Assembly (NCBI GenBank): GCA_023231475.1
Contig: JALJEE010000106.1
Span: 1-64,000 of the forward strand
Length of the DNA: 64,000 bases
Direction of reading: 5' to 3'
From: Seison nebaliae
Taxonomy: Eukaryota
The number at the start of each line of letters is the position of its first letter. Positions within the stretch are counted from its first letter, which is position 1. Below the pieces are notes generated by a model that was not told the DNA's origin, made no database searches, and saw only the letters and a program-made list of their open reading frames with translations. This document shows positions 1 to 13,422 of the stretch, in pieces. The position numbers were made by a program, and so were the translations under genes.

Positions 1-182
1 CTTCGACATTACTTCTCATATTCCAGAATATTTAAGAGATGAAATCGTCATTGGAAGAAAACTTATCACTGATAACATGTACAGTAATCTATCTCATTTT
101 CTTTTTAATTTACCCCGAGGGGATTTGATTTTATAATAAAAAAAAAAAAAAAATAAAATAAAATAAAAAATAAAATAAATAA
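1..182 (+). mobile_element. 3' end of a non-LTR retrotransposon (LINE), truncated by the window edge
   Basis: Frame from position 2 reads FDITSHIPEYLRDEIVIGRKLITDNMYSNLSHFL, which aligns without gaps to FKVDEYVPDALLSHVPLGRGLIRNNNFSGLTIFL at the end of the RT remnant (3071-3313). It is followed by CCCC-GA-GGGG (113-122), ATAATAAA, an A-run and an (AAAAT)n tail. Confidence 0.75.
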
Positions 183-439
183 TTTTGTGACACGACTTAA
201 ATATTATTAATTGACAACTGTTTTCTTTTCTAATTTTACGATTGCACCAATATCTATTGTTCGATCTTCTTCGCTATACAATTAAATTTTTGTAAATGGT
301 GACAGTTGGAACAATAGGATCGATAAACAATAAGAATTACTTACCATATATAAATGTACGTGCTAACTAGTTATTTGTTTCAACTGAATGTCAATTGAAT
401 TTTTAGATTATTCTATTTCTACTTTTGTGATTATACGAT

Positions 440-1936
440 ATGTTTTTCTCGGGCTCAGCCCAAAGTGTTATATTATCAGGTATGGTTGGTACGTTTACCG
501 TCAACATGATCTTTGAAATAAGAGGAAATTTGATTGAGCATGCAAAAAATTGGTATAGTCAGGACAAATCAGATACGATAACAGAGTTAAATTCGGACAA
601 AAATTTAACAAAAGAAAATCGAGAATTGAAGAATGAAGAACATGTTGGTGAGGAACCAGTGTCATCAGCGACTGAACATCAATCGGAAATAAATAAAAAT
701 GGTGAACATGATAGCATAATCTTAAAACAAAAAATTAAGATTTTTAATTGTAAATTAATTAATTTCGATAGGGCCATGAGGAGCAATGGAAAAGTGAACA
801 AAATTAGTATTCCTATGTTTACTCGATTCTTATCTAAATTGAAATTAGAAGGAGATGTAGTAGATGGTAGAACTGGATTTAAATGTCCTTTTAATGAAAT
901 GGATTCGATTTATATTCCTTGTGAATGTACAAATTTTACTGAGATTCGGAAATTGGATGTGGTGGACGAGGTGGTCAGTTTAATATTTCATTCGGTGGTG
1001 GTCGAATTTAATAGGAAACGTGGTCTAAATTCAAATTCTAATTTACTTATACTTCCTCCTAAATATCTTTTTAACTGGAATATGAGTGATATCTTATCAA
1101 TTATTAGACATATGTTAGAAACCGATTGTCAGGAACTGACGAATATTCTTACACATTTGGAAGTTATTGGTTTCTTGTGTTATATCCAAATAAATAAAAC
1201 CCTCAAATTAATTTATGAATATTTAACGAATCTGTTAAACAATCCTCAAATGCAATTGGCATTCGAAGATAATGTTCATTCATTCATTGATGATTTAGCG
1301 AAAAGAAGTAAATTTGTCCATATTAATGAAATTGAAAAGGAAGAAACTGAAGAAGAAAGTGACAACCATTCGGAGAATGTTTATGAAGCAATGAAGGACA
1401 AAACTATAAATAGCTTAAAACAATTTGGAAATACTTTGTCACATTCAAATTGGGTAGATAAATTTATTTCTGAACTTGGATTAAATTGTGAAAAAGATTC
1501 TCTAACAATTGATAAAAATAAATTAACAGACTTCATAGAAGATTGTTCTATTGGTTATTACCGACAAATATTTGTAGGAAATACATTACAGCCAATTCTT
1601 AACAATATAGTTTTTGAAAAAACTAAAGAAAAAGAAAAAATCATTGATTATTACAAAGAATTGAAATTGGATTACGAAATCAGGAATGAAATTAATATTA
1701 ACATGGAATACAACTTGCAACTATTGGAAGGACGATTGGCGGATGTTAATTTGGAAATAATAAACATTGTAAATCTGATGAAGGTGGTTAATTTAGATGA
1801 TCAGAACAGAAATAATAAATCCAACGTTGTTGTTTTGGAACATATCTTCCAAATGATATTATTGTATTTGATGTTGGAACCGAAAAACTATTTTACGTTA
1901 ACGGAATATATTGGACGACTTCTTTTACATCAATAA
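440..1936 (+). CDS. Uncharacterised 498-aa protein, one long coding exon
   Basis: Uninterrupted 1.5-kb ORF in very AT-rich DNA. No family motif recognised. A probable upstream exon (296-355) and GT-AG intron (356-406) lie 5' of it. Confidence 0.7.
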   Translation: MFFSGSAQSVILSGMVGTFTVNMIFEIRGNLIEHAKNWYSQDKSDTITELNSDKNLTKENRELKNEEHVGEEPVSSATEHQSEINKNGEHDSIILKQKIKIFNCKLINFDRAMRSNGKVNKISIPMFTRFLSKLKLEGDVVDGRTGFKCPFNEMDSIYIPCECTNFTEIRKLDVVDEVVSLIFHSVVVEFNRKRGLNSNSNLLILPPKYLFNWNMSDILSIIRHMLETDCQELTNILTHLEVIGFLCYIQINKTLKLIYEYLTNLLNNPQMQLAFEDNVHSFIDDLAKRSKFVHINEIEKEETEEESDNHSENVYEAMKDKTINSLKQFGNTLSHSNWVDKFISELGLNCEKDSLTIDKNKLTDFIEDCSIGYYRQIFVGNTLQPILNNIVFEKTKEKEKIIDYYKELKLDYEIRNEININMEYNLQLLEGRLADVNLEIINIVNLMKVVNLDDQNRNNKSNVVVLEHIFQMILLYLMLEPKNYFTLTEYIGRLLLHQ

Positions 1937-2199
1937 TTTAATTTTTATGATAATTTAATTTTAATCCCTTTTTTTCTTTTTAAAAAAATATCTCATTATG
2001 TAACACTCATTTAATTTTAATCAAATCTTCAAAAAAACAATAAATATTTTCTCTATAAATTTACAAGTTTTATCTGTAATGATTACATATTATAATTGTT
2101 AGATGAAAAAACGTTTTTTTTCTTAAGAAGATATTATGTAATCTGAAATGACTTGTTGGTTATAATATATTATTTACAATATGATGAAAGGTGATATTA

Positions 2200-3370
2200 G
2201 GTATCAAAAATCAAAATGACGTCGAAACCTTCCGTCCGATTTGTGTTTCCAATTGTCTCATTAAGAAATTGTCATGGAAAAAATTATAAAAAATAGATAT
2301 TCAGAAATTCGGTTAGAGGAACGCTGTCGATTATCTTATTAATCCGATATTTCATATCGATGTCCCGATCTTCAAACCAAACTTTTTTAGTTTGTTTTCT
2401 GGATGCATCGAAGACGTTTGATTCAGAAAAGATCGATCTTCATTTGAATATAATCGATCACAAAATTTTTGCCCTGGATTTTTGGAAAAATTTTTGATGA
2501 AGTAATCGCAGCTGGTAATAATCAGTGTTCATTCGTATGTAGAGATTCGACGTTCCCATCTATCTATTCCTATGCAGATGATCTGGTGTGTGTCACTAAC
2601 TGTATGAAACTAGCAGCATGTGGAATTGAATGTAATAAGAGGAAATCAAAGTTGCTAAATAATAATGTAATTAGTGGAAAATATTTTCATCTTAAATCGA
2701 TGTGTTGCAATGAGACTGTCTTTCTTGATTGTCTGATAGATAAAAGGAAAAGAAGTTCTTTGTTTGTCGACAGCATTCGTCGTAATTTCATAAGAAGCTT
2801 CTACTCCTTTCATCATAGATGTAAATATCTCCCTCTCAAATTGAAGATAAAATTGTTATTTACCTTCTGTTGCGGTTTCCATGGATTCCAAGCAGCATTT
2901 GGTATTTCCAATAAATCCATAAACTCTTTAGACAAAGCGTATAATCGGTGCATTCGAATCTTACTCGGTCGTCTTAGACCTCTTTGCAGAGCTTTGATGT
3001 TTTCCATTGTAGAACTACCTCCATTTCCGATGGTTCTGCTTGAGAGGTATCTCTTGTTGCCGAAAATATTTTGACATCGCCGTTTCCATTTCCGGAATTT
3101 CTGCAATGTGAACAATTTAATTCTCCACTCCATTATTTTTGTTCTTATTATCAAATTACATATCCTTCATCCTTATCTGATGCCAGAAATATGTTTATTC
3201 GTTTCAAAGTAGATGAGTATGTACCGGATGCTCTCCTCTCTCACGTTCCACTTGGCCGTGGGCTCATTCGCAATAATAATTTTTCCGGTCTCACCATTTT
3301 TTTGCGAATTTAGTTTCTATTTCTTAATTACCCAAAAATTGGGATTGTATTCATAATAAATAATAATATT
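2200..3370 (+). mobile_element. Degenerate, 5'-truncated non-LTR retrotransposon (reverse transcriptase pseudogene)
   Basis: RT motifs occur in the correct order but across broken frames: TFRPICVSNCLIKKL (~2227), LVCFLDASKTFDS (~2387), YSYADDL (ORF 2469-3074). The C-terminal piece is in another frame (3071-3313). Ends in a CCCAA-AAA-TTGGG stem-loop (3331-3343), ATAATAAA and (TAA)n. Confidence 0.85.
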
Positions 3371-3512
3371 GTGATAGTTTTAGATGAATTGATTTTATTT
3401 TCGTCGCATATGCACTTTTATTGTAGATTCTAGTGCTTTTTTACAACTGATTTCAATAGAATGGAATGGAAAATAGAAAATAATAAAAATACTTTGAAAA
3501 AGTAAAATGTAT

Positions 3513-6500
3513 TTATATAATTTGAATCATCAATTCCTGTCCGTTCATCATGTTGTAGTTGAGTTGGAGTATATGAAGGAAAGATTCCGAATGAGAGTCA
3601 CTTCCAAATTGGATCCAGTGAGATCGACTTTCTGTCAGTTGTTTGAGTGCAGCATTGTCAGTTAATAATGAATTTCTGTTTTCATCGAAAAGATTAATTA
3701 CGAATTCTATTGGTGTTAGTTGATTCTTTAAAATAAAATAGGAAAATTAAAATAAAAAAAAATTTAAAAAATTCCAACAATATTTGAAATTTTGAGTAAA
3801 CTATAATTAAATAAAAGTTGAATTGTAGTTGCCAATGGACGATAAAAATATTCAATGTCATTTATCATCAGATATGACATTCGTACTGAAGAAACATTTT
3901 CATTTCCTACATCATTCGAAAATTTCCATATACAAAGAAAGATGGGTAAAGTGAAAATGTGATTATTTAAAAAATATCCAAATTTCTCCAATTCTTCCAA
4001 ACTTCCATCGAGAGAATTGGTCAGTTGTATTTTAATTTTAACTCGTTGAAAATATAATAATTTCGTTTGTTCTATCTGTTCGATAGTTAATGGAATTGGT
4101 AGTAGAACATTTAACAAAGACGGCCAATCTTTCCTCAACGTTTTCTCCAGACAATGTTGAGTGAGAAAACATTCGTCGAATAAGAAGTTTATGAAAAAAT
4201 TTTCGGATTTTACATCGACATCCGTATTAGTTTTAGTAGTTTGAATAAAGTTGTTCATTGATTGGAATTGATGAATTAGAGAACAATAAATATTCTCACA
4301 ATAGTTCTCGTGGGTACTGATAATGTGGAATGCGGAAAATAATTCGACATTTTCCTTCTCGGGAACTAAAAGAAAATGAAGAATTATATCGATATTTCTT
4401 ATTCCAAAATCGATTTTCTTCAATTGTTCGTAACAGAAAATGTGACGGAGAAATAAATAATTTTCAAATTTGTTCGAATTTACATTCTCTTCTATCACAT
4501 CAATCTCGAAGATTATCATAGAACATGATAAATAAACGAAAAGACATTCCATTTCTCTTTCATGTTCGACGACTTTCCATTCCTCGTCCGACGATTGTTC
4601 ATATTTCATATAATTTAGTGAATGTCGTTCGATTCTCTCAATATCTTCTTCCCGATATAAGAAAACTTTCATAATATTTTTCGAATATTTCACTTCTTTC
4701 TTTTCCAATTGACTCTCTCTCATTTTATAGTTGATGAGATGGAAAATATTCTCATAAATCGATCGCTCATATTTGCCGAGATTGGACAATAAATGTAATT
4801 TCAAATTTGCTCTTTTCGATGATGTTATTGTTAGTTCGGTGATTTCTAATGAATTTGATTCTTTTTCCGATTCCAAATCTTCTTCTTTCTCCAATTCCTC
4901 TTGATCGATACGAATTATCGGATTCAATTCTTCCTTATCAATCGATAATGGATTATATTCAATTTGAATATTTCTTAATGAAAATATTTTGTCTAATAAT
5001 TTTCCATTTTCTTTTTTGGAAATATTTAACGATTTACTTCGTCTCTTCAACAATAAGGGAAGATTCTGATGGTGAAGTGATTGAGGAATTTGAAATTCTT
5101 CATGTTTCTTTTCTAATTTATATGGTTGATGTACTTTGTCATATTCACACAAATCTTCAGAATAGATGACTGGTGGATGATCCATTATCTCTTGAATCCA
5201 ATCGTTATTGAATGTTCCCATGTTATCATCCGATTCATTCGATAATTCTGTTGGACTTCCATGTACAATTCGGAAAAATTCTTTTCCATTTTCATCTTTC
5301 TCTTTTTCTTCATCATCATCATTATCATCGTGAAGACCGGTAGTAGTGGAAGAATCTAAATTAATATTTCTTACCATTAAATCGCGTTTGTGTGAGTCAT
5401 TTAATTGGAAATTTAATTGAAAATTATCGAATTCTTCACTCGATTCACAACTGAGTTGTCTCACAAATTTGGGAAGATATCGAGATTGATTTTGTGGTGA
5501 TTGTTGAAGAAATTCGACGGTGTTTGTTTGTTCATCTCCCACGAAAACTTCCTTCACTTTCATCATAACTCGTTTGAAAAATTTCATACGCTTTCCCGAT
5601 TGTTTATTAAGAATTTGAATGGATTCAGTTATCGTTCGTTGTTTGCCTGTGCCGATTTGTGAGAATTCTTTCTCTGTTAACGGAATATTATCGAGAAGGA
5701 AATTGGACGTTATTGAATTTTGATCAATTCTTGGCGAATGACTATAAGTGAGTGGAGTGCGTTGTGGGAACCAAGAACGATCCATAATATTTTGGAGAAA
5801 GAGAGGACGAAATAATTTTGAATAATAAATTGGATTTCCAATTAAATTGATCGTTCTCAAATGGACACAAGTCGAGATGGATTCGATATCATTCCATCGA
5901 CTTAATAAATTGTAAGAGACATCGAATTGTCGGAGAGAAGTTTGTAGTTTGTCCAATTCGTTAATATTCCCTATTAAATTAGAAGAGATGTTTAATGTTC
6001 TTAAAGCGAAATCGACATGAAACGGATTATTATCATCAATATCGAACGATCTTAATCGATTATGAGATAAATCTAAATTCTCCAGAAATTGGAAAAGTGA
6101 CGCACTCAAAAATTCCGTATTTGTTAATCGATTATTACTTAGAATTAACGTTTTCAATAATGGTGTATGAACGAACGCTTCTTTCCATAATTCTTTCTGA
6201 TGACAATTTTCCAATTTATTATAACGCAAATCTAAATAACTTAAACGATTCCATTCAGTTCGTTTTGTCAATTCGTGAATATTTTCAAATTGATTCATTG
6301 GAATATTCTTTGATAAATGACTATATTGTTGAACGTGCCATTTGAGAAATGCTTCAGAATATAAATCATTTTCATCTTTCGGTTGTTTATTTCCATCTTC
6401 AACATCATTTCCTCTCTTTCCAACCAGAAGATCATGTATAAATGAAATACTTTCCGATTCTTCTTCTTCATAATCACAACCACAAATACAACAGAAAACT

Positions 6501-7348
6501 CGTCGTTCTTCCTCACATTTCTCTCCATCATCCATTTCTCGTTTTCGTTGTCGTTCTCTTTCTACCGATTGTTCCACCATTTCTTGTTCGATCGTTTCCA
6601 ATTGTTGTGATTGACGATTGTGATAAATTTGATGATTCCATGAAAGAATCGCAATTGATTGACGGAATTTATTCAATAAAATCAAATTTCTATTTGGCAT
6701 TTGTGGTGGGAAAATTTGGAAAAAATTTATATTTCTTATTTGAAGCATTTTCAATTCGTGGAAATAAAACAGATCCAAATGAATGTCATTCGTTATCAAA
6801 GTATTCTCATTCAATTTAAATGATTGCATCAAATTCATTTTCTCCAAATTATTATTGATATTCATTCGTGATGTATTATTCGTCACTCGATCATTTTTCA
6901 ATTCTTTCGGAATTCGTTTCAAACGGAAAACGCCAATTTTACTCTGGTTATTCCGTCTTAATTTCTTCCAATCACCATCAATACTCAATGATTGAATTGA
7001 ATACATCATTCTCTCAAATTGAGGCAATAATCGAGGATTGTATTGTGATGGTAAATGAACTGTTTGATGGTTTAATGTAGAAATCTTTTTTCGAATCCAT
7101 AACAATTCCAACGGTATTGAAAATAAATAATTTTCACTTAAAACATTTCGGATAATTGTCGACTTCTCGAAATCTTTCTTTCGTTCTTTTCTCCCATCCA
7201 CTTCTTCCGTCGTCACGGATTTGGTGGAGGTATTGGTCACTTCACATCTTTCATAATGGAGAGAGTATCTTTGGAAGTTCTCCACGAAATTTCTTATGAT
7301 ATTCGCGTGAGACTTCGACAATCGAACTGACCGTTCATTCAAATTCAT
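3513..7348 (-). CDS. STK11IP: Leucine-rich-repeat protein, STK11-interacting protein (LIP1)-like; 2 exons (7348-3779, 3725-3513)
   Basis: LRR cassette (LSYLDLRYNKL, LKTLILSNNRL, LENLDLSHNRL, LRTLNISSNLI, LRQFDVSYNLL). It is capped by INLIGNPIYY...FLLDNIPLTEKE, resembling the STK11IP LRR cap. A GTT...AAG intron at 3726-3778 joins a 71-codon last exon in frame. Confidence 0.7.
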
Positions 7349-8064
7349 TATTCATTTACTTTACTCCAAATTTCATTATCTTATCGCTTTATTCATTTCG
7401 GTCTCGTGACCAGTGTAAGCTTCTTCCTATCATTTCCACTATTCAAAATTTCAAATGACATTTTCTTTTCGCTTTCTCATCAATAATCTCTTCCTCTACT
7501 CTCTATTCACTACCTACTCCCATCATAACCTTCAATCTACAAATCTTCTCTTTTCTTTATCAAAACAAACTTTGAGAGACATTTCTTCTTTCAGACCGTT
7601 TCCCCGTTAATACTCTCAATTATTATTCGAAATGTTTTTCTTTATTTTTTAAATTAATTTTCCTTTTTCTTCTATGTGTCCAATCTTTGATATTCTATCT
7701 AACAATAGTAAGTGAATAACTCAGAAAACTGAAAATATTTTAAATTTGACTCAACTAATTTCAGTTTAATGACTCATTTTAATGAATGTTTTTTTGTACC
7801 ACTCTAAATGTAAACTCTAACATAACACTTTATAAACTAAACTAACGATTAATAACAATGATAGACATTTTATTTTGTAATTTTTTTTCTCTCATATTCA
7901 TATATTTGACATGTATAGGAACTTATTATGTTATTCATTAGATGATATTATAAAAGATAATAATATTAATGGAATTTAACTACATTATGAAATGTTTGAA
8001 GGAAAAATATTTTTCAAAACTTATATTTCAAGTCTAATGTTTCCAGGAGAATAATGATACAGTA

Positions 8065-11000
8065 TCATAAATGTTGGTTATTGTTAAAAGTAATGAACGG
8101 ATCTTGGTCTTTCATACCAAACTCATCGACCACTTCCCTAATAAGAATGAAATGAGATTGAACTGATATTGATGTTTTGAAAAGAAAGTAACTTAAGATT
8201 CGCTGTATCGGATTCGAATCGAAGACATTTACAAATTTCCCGATACATCTTGAAAATGTTATCTCCTAAAGCAAACGATATTGGCGCTATTTCGCTGATA
8301 TCCGGTTCCGTTATAGCTTCATTACAGAATCTTCGAATGTTTTGTAGTTTTTCTTCGTTGAGATTTAGATACAATGATCCGCAAGTTAATCGAGATACAT
8401 TTCTAAGGAAACTTATCAATAACCTTTAGGGAAATATAATTCTGAATAAATTAAAAATTACTAACTCGTCGTCGCAGTTTAATGATAATGTGTTGATTAC
8501 AGGAAGCGAATAATCGACATTCTCATTCACTAATTTAATTTTATTTTTCTCCAATTGTTCCAAAATAAATTCGACTGAATCTGGTTTGACATTATTCGTT
8601 ACAAAAAATATTGTCGTTTGTTTATCATAAATATTATGTTTCGTTAATAATTCCTTCAAACAATTTAAATAAGAGTTGAAGTTGAAATAAAATGGAACTT
8701 GAAGCATTTCATACGTACCGCTATGACCAGTGGGTGTGATGGAATATAACCATTCGATGACTTGTTCACACGCTTCTTCTGAACATTCGCAAAATGAATT
8801 CGAATCTACGAAACTTATCTGCTCATCAGAAAAGCCTATAATATTGAAACTTTATGAATGAAAGAAGATGACAAATAAGAGGAAATGAAAGAGAACGATA
8901 TGAAATTGGGATTGACTTGTTCCCAAATCAAATTGTAAATCATGATTCTTGTCATTTCGATGGAATCTGTCATATGTTTCGACAAATCTAAAACAATCAA
9001 CAAATTTGGTGTTTCGATCGGACCGAAATGTAATTTACTTCCTAAAATTTATTAATTTTCAATTTTTATACGTCGATAAATTTAATTCTAACCGACTAAA
9101 GACCATTGTAATCGTTTCACATATCGAACGACTAGTTGTTGTAAAACTGATTCGTAATTATGTAATTCATTAATTCTGGAATGAATGTGCTGTCGTTTAC
9201 CATGAATGACTGCTGTTGGAAATGTATTACAATATCTATCAAGGAAAATGACGAGAAATGAGGGAAATTCAAAAATCAACTTTGACGGTTCACCATCAGC
9301 TGATGGTGTATGAGGACAATTGGTTGATTTGACGATATTATCGAACTCTAATTTCAATTTGAATAATGAATATTTTTTCAACCAATTCTTGTTATTTATC
9401 CATTCATCACCATCAGGTACTGGTAATGACATTGATCGACAAATGTCCAATTCACCAGTTGGTGTTGTTGTTGTTGATTTTTTCTTTTTTTCTTCAATTT
9501 TTCCTCTTTGTTTCTTACCTCGTTGCACTAATGTCGTACCAATCGTTTTCGTATCCAAATAAAAACATTCATATCGATTCTTTCCGTTTTTCGTTGGAGG
9601 TTTTTTTTTCGTCGATCCATTTCGAATTTTTGGAACTAAATCAGTTGAAGCGCTACTTGGTTTCCAAGGTTGATTAGACGAATTAGTACGACGACCGTTC
9701 AACTAAATAGAAGAATAATTTTATGATAATTTTCAAATTTAATAGGAACATAATTTATTCGATCGGTTGTTAATTTATTTGTCCGTCGAGTTAAATTTTT
9801 ATTTTCAGATTTTTCTTTCTCCTCATTCTGCAATTCCTCAGACATCTTTGCTAGTTCAGTCATCTGTTTAATATGTCTCTTCTCTTTCACTTTATCTATC
9901 AATTGTTGACACTGGGAAAATGGAATAGAGGAAAAAGTGGATAAAATTTAAATTTCAAAAAAGAACCTTTCCAATTTGCTCTACAGTTTTCCCTATTTCT
10001 GCTTCAATCAATTGAATATCGTCACCTGAAACTTTACCAATTTCATAAAACAACAAATATCGTCCATCCGTCGAATGGGCTAAATCCTGTAGATGGTGTG
10101 AGGGAGATTGATTTGAATGATCATTCATAATGCCATGACAGATGTGTAATTTCCATCGTTTGATGATTTGAAAAGAACATAAATAATTTCTTAAAATTCG
10201 ATAATCGTTTTCCATGTCGTTCAATGTCAAATAATAAATTCCATAAGTTAAATTTTCATTTGACGTTTCATCTAATTGTTCCAAAACTTGTTTGACTGTT
10301 TTGGTCAAGTTACAAGTGCCGGAACAATAACCATTCTCCAAGATCCACAACCAAGCTAAATTCAATTGTTCTTCACTTGTCTTCACAAACATTTTACTGT
10401 ACGTTTCAAAATTTTGTTTACATCTGATAATACAAAAATAAAGATGTTTCTTTTAGAAAAATTGTAACAAGATAATATTGAAATATTTCTTATTATTCAT
10501 TTGTTCTTCCAACAAAAGTCTAAGCGCATTCTGTATATTATATGTATATTTCGTATTTTTTCCTCTCAAATCAACCACAACTAAAACCCTACAAAAATAT
10601 CGAAAAAGAAACATAAAATTAGAATGAAATAAAAATTTAAAGAATTAATTTCTTTTATTAGATCATCTTTTATTATAATTTATCATAGTTGATGCAAATA
10701 ATTTAAATATATATTTTTATTAACAATAAAATTTACAAACACTTCTTCTAATAAAGAACCAAAAGTTTGACATGAACCACTTTGTAACCATTGGAGTCGA
10801 TGTTCGAACATTGTTATTGCAGTTTCCGCTGATCGTTTATAATGGAACATATCCTTCATATCGATATGAACATAACGGACGGAACCATCCGGCCATGTAA
10901 TTTCGTGCATAGTTTGCTGGAAAAAAAGATGATTTAAATTTAAAAAAAATTGAGTGAGAGAAATTAATCGCGAAACTTTATTGATTGTCGATTCGATGAC

Positions 11001-13230
11001 TTTATCGAGAACTTGCACATACTTCGTTTTAGTTTTATGAGAATTCTTTCCCAGAATCTGATAAAGATCGATCTGTAATGCTTTCAGTCCATACTTATTT
11101 AACCATTCTCTGGATGTCAATTTCGAACATTTACAATGATAAGAGAAATCTAATTCTCTTTCATGATTCAAAGGTTTCCCTTCTAATTCTTTAACGAACG
11201 AATATCGTTTCTGAATTTCAAATTAAGAAGATCATTAATAAAAAGTAATGAAACATTCAAATCTTGGACAATTTCGATATTGAAACATTCCAAAGAATTT
11301 CTGTACATCGCCTCGATGTAATTAAGAGTTCGTTTGATTAATCCCATTTCTTCGACAATCATTTCAAATTCCGTCCCAATAGACGTCCAATTCTCATCTT
11401 GAGGCGAATAGGCATGAAATGTACCTCCCTCTCGTTCAGTGAAGAGTTTTAGTGTTAAATCTAAATCTAAATTTTTCGTATTAAATGCCACAACATATAA
11501 ATGACAATTCATGTGAATTGTTTTCTGTCGATAATAATCGAAAATTATTATCAAATCTTCAACAGGTAACGAAGTTATAATTAAGAGAATTGTCAAGTGG
11601 CCAATTCCCTGAATTAGAGCGACTTCATCGAAGAATTTTAAGATATTCGATCTATTATTTAATTTCATCTTATAAACAAAATTTTCCAGGCATTTCATTT
11701 CCGTCAAATTGTTCGTATTCTCCGACCAACATTTTTCCAAAACTTCTCTAATATGAATGAAATTGAGCAAATTTGATCGTTTTGAAAGAAATTGTTCTGA
11801 AAAGAAATTGATGAGTTGATTTTGAAATAATTTCAAATCTTCGTCATTCCATAACTTCGACGACGTTTCCGCACCAATCACAATCTTTTCTGATATATTC
11901 ACTTCTCCAAACATCTTTCTCGTTTCTAAGAACATTGTGCGCAATTTCTCTTGATATAACTCACTCAATTCATGTAATCGATGTTCATGTTCACTGATAG
12001 AATTTTTCTGAAATGTCAAATGTTGTAATTTCTCACTATTTTCAATCGATAGTGTTATTTGACCTTTCTTCAACAAATCGGCCAACGTCAATTTCAAATT
12101 AGTTATCGAATGTTCATCTCTCCATTTGTTGGGAGTTCGTTTCAAATTGACAGGTTCATAATTATCATAAGCTTTCTTCATATTCTCAATATGTGTATCG
12201 ATATTTTTAATTTCGCAAATATTCTGCCATTCGGGTAGTTCGAGACGAAACCAATTTTCCTTACTCAAATAAATACCTTTCCTGCCTTTTCGGATATGTC
12301 GCAGTACTTTTTTATTTTCTAATGGACTATCAGGTTTTTTTGATTTCTTCTTCTTATTCTTCTTCGGTAGTTTCTTTAAAGATTTCGGAGACGTTTGCAA
12401 ATTCTCTTTCATTCGTTTCTTCAAGTAATCATCAATATTAAAATTATCTTTCGGAGAAGTTTTCTTCGATAAATTTGAAAAATTCTTCGATAAATCCGAA
12501 AAATTCTTTGGTAAAGAATAATCTTTAGACGACTTTTCATCATAATGACTTGGGCGAGATAAATCGTTAGATAATTGTGCATATTTTCTGGGACTTTTCG
12601 GAGAGAAATCTGATTGATATTTATTTGTTAACGAATCATTGTTTTGGCGTAGTGGTGAATCTCGATTGGTGAATTGATCATTTAAATTATCAGGGAAACG
12701 AACATGTCGTTTTCTGTCTTGATTAGCCAGTTCATTTAAGAAATCATTTCCCGACGTATCTTTCAACAACGATTTCTTTTAAATAAATAATGAAAATAAG
12801 AAAATATAAAGTGAAAATAACTCGTGGAGAAGTAGATAATAAATTTGATGGATAATGTCTCTCATTTTTGAGATCAGTTAAATTGAAATTCTAAAATTTT
12901 CCAAAGTTTTAAAATATTTTAAGAAAAAAAACTAAATTAAAGTTAAACTTTCGGGGAAAATTGATGTCGATTGAAATCGTCGAAATCTTTAATTCTCGTT
13001 CCGAAATCATTAATGTTTTGTTTTGGAGAATCAACCGAAATAATCTGACAAGATGAATCGAACAATTATAAGAAATTTCGCAATTTTCAAAAATATTGAA
13101 AAACTTTGGGAATTTCGGTTTTGGGGACAGTTCGTTCCGGTGATTTTTTGGTGAAAATTGGACTTTTATCAAATCCTTTTTTGCTCGCCAATAGCGATTG
13201 CATCAATCGTTTTCGTTCGTCGTCAGCCAT
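8065..13230 (-). CDS. VWA3A: von Willebrand factor A domain-containing protein 3A-like; 14 exons
   Basis: SREWLNKYGLKALQIDLYQIL...YVQVLDKVIESTINK|QTMHEITWPDGSVRYVHID and the repeated 'RLQWL..GS..FG' segments are characteristic of VWA3 proteins. 13 short GTT...AG introns join the ORF fragments in frame from ATG 13230 to TGA 8065. Confidence 0.82.
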
Positions 13231-13422
13231 TCCTGCAAATTCTTCAAAACAACCTCATTGTTCCTCTTAGTAACAGTGTTGATATGAATTAAATTGAGAA
13301 TAAAATGGAGGGAATGTGAATGGGAACTCTTTCAAAGAAAGAGCTTTTTCTAATTGATCTCTTATTTTCGAGGAGATTTGAATGTTATTTATTTTATGTT
13401 TTCTTTCCATAAATAATTAGTG
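13231..13422. promoter_or_regulatory. Putative bidirectional promoter region between VWA3A-like and GCP3
   Basis: Head-to-head start codons ~190 bp apart (ATG 13230 on the - strand, ATG 13423 on the + strand). No specific motif identified. Confidence 0.45.

Noticed and set aside
4330..7080. Several + strand ORFs of 60-125 aa
   Set aside because: Antisense to the STK11IP-like exon, with no independent coding signal.
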